A stretch of 64,000 nt of DNA from Lingula anatina. Lineage: Eukaryota > Animalia > Brachiopoda. The DNA lies in NCBI GenBank assembly GCA_051362555.1, contig CM120645.1:3906001-3970000 (forward strand). Reading direction: 5' to 3'. The translations under genes and the position numbers were made by a program. Positions 53,029-64,000 of the stretch are shown here, piece after piece. Each line of letters starts with the position of its first letter. The stretch's first letter is position 1. A model generated the notes under the pieces. The model saw only the letters and a program-made list of their open reading frames with translations, was not told the DNA's origin and ran no database searches.

Positions 53029-55245
53029 TCACTTCTCATCTCGCTTTTTCTCGAATCCGTACGCAGCCTTGAGCACTGTGACCTCATCGAAATGCTTTCC
53101 TACGATCATTAAGCCAACCGGAAGCCCATTTGCAAAGCCAGCGTTAATGCTAAGGGCTGGGTGGTGTGTGATATTGAACTGTGGTTTGCCAATAAGCATA
53201 TCTTGGACTCGTTTTAAAGTTTCTGAAATGATAGTTGGTACTGGTTATTGTGGTGTAAACCAAAACGCTTTCAGTTTCAAGCTAATTTGTACCATATACT
53301 GCTCATACACGCAGATGTAGCACTAAAATCGGTATTACAAGGAGTATGCACAACGTGTACTGTACAATATGATCAACAGTGATTTTTCTTACTGAGTTAA
53401 ATTTTTTATTATCAAGAATTACCAACCTTTGACGCTGCATCCTTTTTCTAGCAGCTTTGTTGGCAAAAAAGGCATAGTGGGCAGGACGAGTACGTCATAC
53501 TTGGCAAGAGCGTCGTCATAGGCCTTCCGCAGCAGTCGTGCGCAGTTCATGGCTTTAGCATAGTGGATGTGGTTGTAACGTTGTTTGGTGTACGCTCCGA
53601 CCAAGGTCACTCCCTTGAGCGTATGAGATACATCATTGAGATGCGTCCTCATTCCACGAGCTGCAGCCTGTTCCATGGCAGTTGGGTAAATTCCAGGAAA
53701 CCCAAAAATAGCTATAAGAAAAGAACATTTAATTTAGGTTGGGATCACACAACGTGCACACAGTGGACACTGCATTGCAATGACATGCACATGAAACTAA
53801 ATATAACCAGATCTTTCTTACTTGCTGTGGTAATAATCTTTTTTCCAAAAAGAAAATGATAATAAATAAATAAAATAAAGGCGTAAATGCGATAGTAAAT
53901 GGCGAATACAGTATACTTAAAATAATTACATCGGCACAGTTGTTCGCTCTGCTGTTATGTCAATCTTGGACGAATAAAAAGATAAACGATGGGCCTAATT
54001 AAGGCATAGTGCTGTCAGTTTTGGTATCATTTTGTCTATATTTAGATCAGGATCACTATATAATATAGTCTTTTTACCCGCATTTATTATTGTTACTCAC
54101 ATGTTAGATTCACAATGGTTTCATAAGTGCCTTCATATAAGATAGGTACCACAAAGCGTTCACCTACGAAGGTTAATAAAATGGAATGGTGCAATATAAT
54201 ATAATATAATATAATATAATATAATATAATATAATATAATATAATATAAAAACGAAGCCTTTTAATGAATTGCTTAGTGCGTAAGTTGAGGAATTGCGTC
54301 TTTGACAACAGAGAAATACATTAGTTTATGATGATTACCAATAAAATATGGTAACTCAGATCTAATGGTACAGCTACATTCAATGCAAAGTGACATATCT
54401 GCACAATTGTAACATGCCAATCTGAAAAGCAGCTCGGTTAACATACCGGTGATATGCATACCGATGCTAGTCTCCTCCACGGTGGCACCGGCTTCCTCAA
54501 AATTTTGCATGGCACAACGAATGGTGGACTCGACAACGCTGTCACACTTGGCGAATCCTTCTTTTATCATGCCCACTTTCATGCCCTTGAGATCTGCGCT
54601 CAACTTAGGAAAAATAGTACAGGTTTTTAAATAATAACTCTTCTCTCCTACTTAACTCTGATCTTTAGACTCCCGTGGGCAATCTGTTTCACCAAAGAAC
54701 TTTGATCCGAAAATATATCTCAACTTTTAGACGTAAGTTTTTAGCCTACTTTGACCTCGGATAATAAGCAGTAGTCCAATTGAATAAACACTGCACCGGT
54801 TTTATAACAAGAAAGACAAGACAATGCTTATGTTTTGGGCCAATTCTTACAATTTGAAGAGATAACAACTGTTCGCATGATATCCATATTTTGCGATAAA
54901 TACATTGTTAACAGCTAATAGAAATATATTAAATGCTATTTTACCACCAAAACGGCGGTTAACGCAATTATTCTGGAATTTTTGCTTGCCATCACATCAC
55001 GTGACCTCCATAGATGGCTACACTTTGTAATAATCTCTGAGAATATTACAAAAAACCAAACTTTTTTTAAGAAAAAAAAACTAACTAGCTTGAATATTAG
55101 AATGGATTCATTAACCATTGGTAATTATGGGAAAATTGTACTTTACCCCAGGAAAATCCATTGTTGGCCAAAGTGAACAGTTGTTATCTCTTTAAGTAGA
55201 CCACTATGGGTTGACATTGTACTGCAGTGGACAAAATCTTAGGCG

Positions 55246-55316
<71 letters not shown>

Positions 55317-56856
55317 AGTAAAGGGAATATCAGAGGAAAAGACGCACCAGTTTTGAGTACTCAGGAACCACGATGTTTGGTATATGTACCTGCCTGGGAT
55401 CAAGGCCGTCGTCATAACCAGCGATCACCTGAAACGTTTAAAACAAAAGTGAACCCTTCTCAAAGAAAATAAAAAGCGTAAGAAAAGGTACCGACTGATG
55501 TCTCTTGGGTCCTTTTCACATCTAGCTGGTACAGTATCTAGCTGGTACGGTTTTCTGTACAGGACCAAAGCGACTGGTCCTAGCATGCAGCAACGCTACA
55601 GTGGTTTTTAACTCCCTTTTCACAAACACCAGTGGACAAATCAAATTTAATCGGGTTGAATGTCCGTGTCGTTCAATTCAATTCAATTTACTAGGGCTCC
55701 GTTATGGAGACTGTCAAGTAATAGGCGGCTCTTAAGTTGACTATCCCCTGTGGCCGGTGGCACCAGGGTATCTTAAATTGGTTGCTTTGCCAATTTATAC
55801 ACCAGATAAGGACATCTTGGGTCCACAGCCCTTTCCCTCCCCTATAGTTGCTATTGGCCATAAAGCCTCCATCAGGGATGAGAAACATAAATAACAATAG
55901 AAAAAACACTTTCGTTACAGGGTCATATTTTGTAAATTGCTTTGAAGCCTACCAAGAGCTATAAGATACCCAAATAAGATTTAAATGGCTAGGGTGGAAT
56001 TTTTATCATTGCATATTTCTGCCCTTACGCAATTTTGGCAAAATCCACATATTACACACTGTAATAACGATGACCTACTGAACTACCCGCCCAATCTTTT
56101 TTTTTTAATTTTTTGATCAAATGGTCTCTAGATTTACTCTCACAACTTTCATCAAAATCTTAAGACCATAAATGGTGTTTTGGAAACAGGAGAGAGACAC
56201 CTGAAGCCATCCTTGGGTAGTTCTATGTCCTTTCCCAGCAAACACAGTACATTTTATGACGTTACCATAACGTTTTTTGGTTGTATAAATGTTATGGTAA
56301 TGCTATAATAATGTTCTGCGGTTACTGGAATTTACCTCCAAGAGAAGAGCACAGTCCTCTACAGTTCTGGCCATGGGGCCCATATGGTCAACGCAAGGGT
56401 GCATACCGATTGCGCCAGTGTACGGAACCAACCCCCACGTGGGTTTTAACCCCACAATACCACACCATGCGGCAGGCATACGTATAGATCCACCTTGGTC
56501 GCCGCCAAGAGCCATGTCAATCTGACCTCCGGCGACCTTGTAAAATTAATAAAAAGTAAAAATAAAAAAAAAAAGAAGATTAATATAGAACAAATATAAA
56601 AGCCACGGTTTGGTAAAAATCGCGATCATTTATTTAAATAGAACGCCAACAATTCTTTTATATTTCTAAACAATATTGGTGCCAATATTGACTTTGAGTG
56701 TTTATTCCTCAATCATCATGCTTTATATACATTCAAATCTGTTCATATCTATTCTTTTAAGACTTTCGTTAGCGCTTTGAACTTTCCTTCTTTACCCATG
56801 ACACGTTCTTATTATCTAACATTTAAGTAATCCAACCTTTACGAAAGGGTAGGCGC

Positions 56857-56891
<35 letters not shown>

Positions 56892-59428
56892 GAAGTGCGA
56901 ATACCGCTAAACTCTAAAACCGTTGTACATCAAAATAATTACCAAAGCGCCACTCCCCGAACTAGAACCACCGGCGGACCGGGATACATCGTAGGGGTTT
57001 AAAATCGGCATTTTGCTGTTGGTAAAACTAGTTCCACTGAAACACAGATCCTCACACGCAGTTTTTCCCAAAATTCGTCCACCTATTATACGAAGAAAAG
57101 AAATTAACACGAGCAAAGTATTTGATTTTTTTTTTATTACAATGGCGTTAGTTTGCGGTGGTATTTAGTTGTTATCTAATGTACATCATATATTCAGCAA
57201 TCAAAGGCTGTGTTATACATATACTTTGCATTCGTTATTATGACTTAAACATTATTCTTGATGTCTATAATGTTTTTGCCAATGGACCTTTATGTCAAGC
57301 ATTTCATTATGTTATTGTGTTTGAATATATTACATTATGACGTTCATGTACGGCATCCATATCAATTTTGAATAAGTCACTTGGCAAAAACCGTTTATGG
57401 CAAAAAAAAAAAAAAAAAAACAAAAAAAAAAAACAACTTTTACCTGCGTCCAGTATCCTTGTGACCACAGTGGCATCAAACTCTGGCATGTAGCCCTCCA
57501 ACACCCTGGACCCGTTCATCATAGGTACCCCAGCCACCGCCGTGTTGTCTTTGATACCCAGGGTTTTCCCAGCCAACTTCCCAGAGGGGGCACCTTGAAT
57601 ATCCGTACGCCAGTACCTAATATAAACTCTGACAACTGAATATGATACAACAATCAACCAAATTTCCATATAACACCTAAACCGAACAAAGAGGTGCACT
57701 TCACATGCCGAATTGTCCAAAAATATAATTGAATGAATTCAAAGCTGTATTCAATTTTTTAAAACATATATGTGCATAGAACAAAAATCCATGACTGTCT
57801 TAATTCAAATTCAAAATTTAATTTTTACCACGTCTTCACATTAGGCCTGTGTTCCCAAGAAAATTTGTCAAAAAGGATCATTTTGGTCAAGTACTTGGTG
57901 CAGTAGAAAACAGCGATTTCTGTTGCTGGCCGAAAAATAAATCGCGATTCCATGATAGTTTGACATATCTGATATAATATTTGGATCACAAGGGGAAAAA
58001 TAATTTATTTAATACTTATTTTACTGTCGGTAGTGTCAATTTTCCCCGTTTTTAAATATTCAATGATACGCAAACTAAAGGCGCTATAAAACAATTAACA
58101 GCTCTATACGGAAGATTATTATAATTTTTTACAACGTTATAGGCCTACTTGTAGGAGACAAATCAAAGAACAAAACCAGTGATGACTGAATTTTCAAAGT
58201 GTAACGTTTCACAGCTGGACGTTTTACATTTATGACAGTAACGCATGTTCCTTTTTGGGGATAAACTATGAATTATTGATTATTATTCAGGGTTCCAGGA
58301 GAGTGAAACTTTGATACAAACTTCTTCATGTGGGACCCTAAAATAATCAAACATAGATTGCAGTCTGTGCACTTAATGTTTTTAAGAGCATGCCTGTGGC
58401 CTCAATTGCACCTCTATGTTGCGTTTCGGTGATAACCGTATTTGTTTAACAGGTCATAATGGTAGCACTGTGAATCGAAATTTTTACATTAAATTCCACT
58501 AATTAATGACTTACTATCATGAGATAAAAATCGTTGCGATATATCATTCCGAGTGGTAGTCCAAACAATAAAACGTATAAGACAAAGGGTTCAAAACATT
58601 TTACCAGCCATTGAAAGGGTTGTCCTCCGGCTTAGGACGCCACCCGGGAGTTCTTGGGTATTTAACAGGCAAAGTAGGTTCTGGCAATTCATCAAGTATG
58701 CGGTATTTGTCCTCCAGGGTGAGCATAAATTCTAAGCATTAAAAGCTAGTATTAGTGACAATGATGTACAAGGCCAAAATTGCAAATTATCTTCAGTTGG
58801 GATACCTGTTACCCAGAGTGTAACGCTTAACTTGCTTATGCTGTCTATACATGCACCTTTCAGAACATGTGGGTCAGATAGCTAAACAATGTGCATCACG
58901 CAGACGACAAATGGAGCTTTATATTTGCCATTCACATATGGCAGCATTAACATGTACAAGACCTAGATATAATACCACGGGTACTTGTGCCTGTCTGTGT
59001 TTAAGTGTGTGTATTCCTGCCTTTGTGTGTGTCTATATACACATCTAAGCTTACACGCACGGTATGTACCTCTATATTCGTTCAGTTCTTCCTGCGACAG
59101 TTGCAAGCCCAAGTCTTCAGCGATTTTTTTCAATTGATCTTTGTTGGGTGGAATGAAAGCAGGCGCCTTGGTATACCCGTCAGGAACTGTATCAAGGGAA
59201 AGTAGAATACGGATATGCAAAATATTTACTACCAGACCTATATTTGCATATCCAGTAACATTGAACATTATAACTACGAAGATGCTATCTAACTGCATAA
59301 CAAACAGCGGTATCAAAAATAAGAACAAAGCTGTTTTGTGACCAAAATTCTCCCAATTTAGTTAATTTACGCTGATGCAACTCGCTTGTGTAATACTTAC
59401 TCCCAAAACACGTCTCCTTCTCAGCCAT
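53029..59428 (-). CDS. Amidase-signature family hydrolase, copy G (11 exons, 521 aa, apparently intact, most divergent full copy)
   Basis: Exons 59401-59428 (MAEKETCFG), 59070-59186, 58605-58731, 57444-57616, 56943-57082, 56336-56536, 55348-55428, 54447-54603, 54101-54163, 53427-53711, 53029-53222. The sum is 1566 nt. IKDN, GGSSSGS and [11 protein letters not shown] are intact. Confidence 0.92.
54194..54248. repeat. (ATATA)n pentanucleotide microsatellite
   Basis: Directly visible in intron 8 of copy G. Confidence 0.93.
54858..55191. mobile_element. Kolobok-like MITE in intron 7 of copy G
   Basis: Perfect 17-bp TIR AGAGATAACAACTGTTC with TTGA/TTAA flanks. The right end is similar to 35750-35830 and the interior is similar to 11440-11540. 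Confidence 0.75.
55248..55313. repeat. (TA)n microsatellite
   Basis: Directly visible. Confidence 0.97.
56234..56329. mobile_element. Short MITE with CCCAGCAAAC terminus next to the exon-6 donor of copy G
   Basis: CCCAGCAAACAC...GTTACTGG imperfect inverted ends with internal AACGTT/TGTTAT sub-repeats. A similar element starts near 12894. Confidence 0.5.
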
Positions 59429-60746
59429 ACTGTTTGACCCACTTACCCAGCTTCAGCATAAAGTGTAAATACATTTCGCTATGTTACGTTACTGGTACAC
59501 CGACCCCTTTTATCAAGCTTGGTTGCTTGGCTATACATTGTCATTAAGCCACTTTAAATTTCATCGCATGTTCTGTGTGAGTTCATTGCCACATGGCATT
59601 GCTAGTGAATTCGCTTTGAAGAAAATCTAATTTGTCCAAATCTGACAGAATTTTAATTCTTGTTTTAATTTTAATTAAAAACCCCAACCCGCAATGGTTC
59701 TGCTTAGCTTCTGTCGGGAAACTGGAGGAGAGCGGCATATTAATGAAGGTCCCATGAGGGGGGGGGGGGGGGGGAGTGATCACAGTTCACGGGAAATAAA
59801 TAAATTAATTCACAAATCACAGTTAGTAAAACTTTTCATATCTCACTGATAACGCTTCAGTGATGTTTCACACACCAATCTCCTTGGCCGTGGAATATAC
59901 CAAACAACGCTATAACCACATTCACTATGCACTATGTTTCCAGGAATAAAGAAAAGTACCTTAATCTCTGTTTTCACAATACTCTCGACAGATCATTCAT
60001 TTTTATAATTATTAAAACCATTTTAGCATGATGTAAACCTTGTCTCTCTCTCTCTCTCACCTTAATGTCTTTAACATTTATTTAGTAATTGTTATTTGAA
60101 GTCTACTAAGTTTGACAAATGTGTTGTGTGAAAACGAAAATGCGGAATGACAAAAATTCTGCAAATGGCGTTTTGTGGGTATGTCTGCGCGCCATTTCTT
60201 TCCGCTGGAACCCATGACGGATGTATCTTTGAATGTGTGCTTCACTTACATCTTTACCCATGATCAGCGTTACCTTTGAATGCAAACTCGATTTAAATGT
60301 AGGCTACTATTCCTCACACCACTGGAAAAAAGATCAATTCCAGTCACCTTTGTCAACGTCCTATCAACCAAACTGCAAGTTTTTTGATAAATAAATTAAA
60401 TAAATCAACCCACAGATCATTTCAAGAAGTGTTTTAAAACTAAAAAATCCCTTACATCTTTGGAAAACGCAGTCTCAAACAAATTCCGCATACAGATCTA
60501 AGAATCTGATCTTGAAGTTCCTTTGTATAAAGTATTTTTGCTTGAAAAATATGAGAACCAAAGGACAGAACGAGGTCTTTCAATGTGATATATGTACATG
60601 TATTACGCAATGAGTTCACCTCAAGAAATCCTTGAACTCCTGTCATGGGAAAATCACCATCTGTTCGATAAAGCGATACCACACAGTAACAAGACATATC
60701 GGATTGTAGCCACACCGCCCGACTCACTTAACTAGCACCAGTCGAT

Positions 60747-63670
60747 ATGTCTACGTTGCATGTATATAGTTGCACATTGATTCTACTGTTTTCGGTTTTG
60801 GCACGGGCCGACTACCCCGTGACGGCGTCTTGGTTTGCCAATAGAAACAGCTTGTCGGAATGGAATACTGCTCTAGACCAGTTCAAAGCTATAGGTGGGG
60901 ACACGGTGCTGCAGGTTGGAGCATTGTATAATAACAGAACCAAAACGAGTATTTCACAGGACGAGGCATTCGCTAAGTAAGTTATAATTTCAGTAACTTT
61001 GTTGAGGCAATAACAGAAATATTACATATTTTTGCAGAGATTTCTCTGCATGCGCTTCGTTTTGAATAAATTTGGGCAGAAATTAACTGACAATAACAGC
61101 TGCTACATTCGCTTCAAACAACTTTTCCAGAAACGGAATACACGTTTAACGCCCATAAAAATATCTCTGAAACGCAATGTACGTAACGTCAACTGTCAAA
61201 ATAATGTTTTATCTGTGTCAGCTGCAAGGTGAATGGCGTCCTATGTACAGACTACACGGAACAGGAGTTAAACAAGAAAGGGTTAAAGATCGTTTCATGG
61301 GTGACGTATGAATACAATGAGATATACGGCCCAAAGATGCTCGCTTGTCCCCTGGATAGAAAGATTGTGGTCAAGTCGCCTGGAGTCACTTATTATAGAA
61401 TTGTGCTTCACACCACTGCAGTGGGAGACAGGTAAGCCTAAACAGGGAAGTAACCACTGTTTTGTAGCACTTTTGTTGGCTTTGGGTTAGCATTTATATC
61501 ATTACGATAAGGAAAATGGGAGAAGGGGGGGGGGGGGGGTAAGCGTGAGTTATGACCAAGTTTTTGCTATAGTTTTTTTTATATAAAAATATCAAATATC
61601 AATAATTTCAAAGCATATGTCACTTCCAAAATTTTAATTATTTTGCATATAACTTTGAGGTAAAATATTTCCTTACTTTTTACTGCTAGGCTGTGTAAAA
61701 TACATCCACATGTGCACACACATTCCTTGAAAATTCTTCCCTTCTGGAAAAATGCAATCTTAACAGAAAACACAACAAGGGAAAATAATATCCCTTTTGA
61801 AGAAATTGACGCCAAAATTTTTGAACAACTTAGAAAGTTAGGCAGTTATTTCAAAATATACTTCAACTTCGCCCAGACAATCTAAGATTTGTCAGCTGAA
61901 AGGCAAGACTGGAAATATTCCAACCACAATCTTGACTCTCGCATATATACTGTGCGTATATCCATAATATTGGTCCCTTAATTTCTCATTGCTTCTACAA
62001 TTTCATTACGGTTAATATCTTAATATCAAGTCACAGCTATCCTTTCATCCTCTGAAGTGAAGCCTGCGTATTCGAGCCGGGCACCAACGTATCTGTCGTG
62101 TTCACCTCCTCAGCGTCCTGGGATCCCCAAAACCTCGTCCTCCAAAGTGCTTCATCGAAAGCCATGAGCGTTTACTTCGGTCTCCCTCGACTTCCTCCGG
62201 ATCTGAAGAGCAACCCTGCGGGTTACCAGGTGGTGTTGTCATATTTAACGTGGGTGTATCGTGTTCTGGCCGATCACAGTGACAGATATGGCCCTCACTA
62301 CCAGAAAACATTGACGGGATACAGCGGCGGTTATATCAACGTCCTGACTGACTTAACCAAAGGGTTAAAGGGTAGTGCAACCGGTCAAAGTGGCTTAACC
62401 ATCGACGACATCGCCGAAATCTACAAGCAAGTAGCAATAATGGTGCGCAACAGTGGAAAGAAATTCTTGACAGCTCCATCTATCGACCTAACCAAGGCAC
62501 GTGGCGATGCCCTCGAGGATTACGCCGATGGAGTCACGGGATTGGCCAACGTTGGCATTGACGTCATAGCTCTCCAAGAGGGGCGTGGTCTAGGGAGGTC
62601 GTCGTACCATGAGGTAAATGAGACAACTGTGCAGATTAAGGATGGTGATCAGATGCTGTTCCAGATTCTCAAGAAACACAATCCACTTTTACCAGACACA
62701 GTTACATTTGGGGATATCTACACAAATAATACCCAATCGGTGCGTATCACCAAAGACTGCGCTTTGAAGTTTTACTTGGATATGTAAAGTTCAAAATAAT
62801 ATTACACAAAGAGGTCAAATGAAACAAAAAGATTGCGTTAAAAACAACGTTTCTGATAAACTTTTATTACTTGGTTTATAAAAAACACTGGATTATACCC
62901 AACTGACAATTAAAGGACGTCAAAACTTCATAAACTAATCAAAAAGACAAAATCTTTTTGCAGCTCTTTAAGTTTCTTGCATCAGCCCGGGCAAATAATC
63001 AAATCCAGACGGAGTTGTGGCTGGTCATACAAGCTTTTGACGACCTCGGAGGGGATTGTACGGTGGACGTGGACTTCACCGGCTCAGGTGCTTTGAACAA
63101 TCTACGTTAGACTGAGCATAGAACGTCACTTTGTAACTCGAATCATCGTTATCTCGAATATGGCACGGATAAGTTAGTTGGTATTGTCTGAAATTAAAAT
63201 CTTCATTGCCTTACTCGAATCTTTGCACGACTCTAGCAGAATGTCGTCTCAAATTTACAGTCTATGAGCCAACCGTAGTCTACCAGTACTTTTGTGTTTT
63301 TTCTGGAATCGTGTTGTCATATAGTTCACAAAATGCGAAATCAAATAGATAACCAACATATTCCATCTTTTCAAGGTATCCCTGCTAAAGTTTCACCAGT
63401 GGACAAGTCTCGCGTGGACTGGGCCATCGCAGCAGGCGGGGTCAGTGTCCAGAAAATAGCTGCCATAGCCTGGGATTCTCTCTTCACCTGTACCAACCAG
63501 GGAAGCAGTCTGGCACAGGTAACACGTGTTACCGGGTTTCATTGGCTTTGTATATACGGGGATCTTATCCGAGTTACGCGATGTTTTGGGTTCAGGTATA
63601 TTCATCAAGGTTAAAAGGCAACGAGCTTTGTGAAGTCTGCTGTTACAGTGCATATACCCACTTGTCGCTA

Positions 63671-63724
<54 letters not shown>

Positions 63725-63974
63725 CCCGTGACTGTAGAAAATAAGCACATACACTTTATAGGCATTATTCAATATCTAGCAGTAAACTACATGTAGGCCT
63801 ACTGTCTAGTACATATATCTTTCTGCGATTGGTAACTTACTATATGGTGAATTCCAGCAAATATCAGACGACAATGAAAGGCCCATTCTCTCGTACTGCA
63901 ATTTCCACTCCAACTCGAACCAGTCCGTGGTAGTGATTGGATTCAACCTGTTAGCTGAAACCCAAGGTTTTCAG
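60747..63974 (+). CDS. Secreted protein with signal peptide, DUF4434-like / glycoside-hydrolase-like (3' end outside the window)
   Basis: Exons 60747-60976, 61222-61431, 62058-62739, 62964-63087, 63376-63518, 63858-63974 are all GT-AG, with matching phases (2,2,0,1,0). The N-terminus is hydrophobic (LILLFSVLARA). Motifs YPVTASWF..EW..LDQFKAIGGDTVLQ, VYFGLP, DVIALQEGRG, LWLVIQAF and VQKIAAIAWD are seen. The gene model is firm; the family call is from recollection only. Confidence 0.8.
63674..63719. repeat. (TA)n microsatellite
   Basis: Directly visible; not expanded in the duplicated intron near 47180. Confidence 0.96.
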
Positions 63975-64000
63975 GTACGTCATTTTTCAGCTAATCCCGG

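Noticed and set aside
185-59428. One giant gene with mutually exclusive exon cassettes (Dscam-like)
   Set aside because: Each unit has its own start exon and, where fully visible and intact, its own stop exon in order, and one unit is inverted. Separate genes are simpler, although inter-copy splicing is phase-compatible and not excluded.
1-64000. Bacterial contamination or a fragmented prokaryotic amidase operon
   Set aside because: Consistent GT-AG introns with conserved positions and phases, microsatellites and eukaryotic TEs show this is a eukaryotic genome.
1-64000. tRNA, rRNA or other structured ncRNA genes
   Set aside because: None recognised; the hairpins seen are explained by MITE inverted repeats.

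Overview
AT-rich, intron-containing eukaryotic DNA, probably from a marine invertebrate (lophotrochozoan-like; taxon is an inference). Most of the window is a tandem array of seven paralogous amidase-signature (Ser-cisSer-Lys) hydrolase genes built on one 11-exon plan, reconstructed by hand from GT-AG sites and exon phases. Copies A (runs off the left edge), B, C, D, E and G are on the minus strand. C, D, E and G look intact (519-521 aa). B has an apparent +1 frameshift in its 5' micro-exon. Copy F is inverted (+), has a premature stop, lacks exons 9-11 and is joined to a captured exon of the neighbouring gene. That neighbour (60747 to the right edge, +) is head-to-head with copy G and encodes a signal-peptide protein resembling bacterial DUF4434-type glycoside-hydrolase-like proteins. 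The most striking signal is that exon 4 (173 bp) is within 0-3 nt of a single consensus in all seven copies, synonymous sites included, and the identity stops at the splice sites. In contrast, exon 5 and other probable substrate-pocket segments are highly variable, which suggests exon-restricted gene conversion plus diversification. Introns carry many datable transposon insertions: a Tc1 relic, Harbinger- and Kolobok-like MITEs, a LINE fragment with a nested MITE and a Gypsy-like solo LTR.
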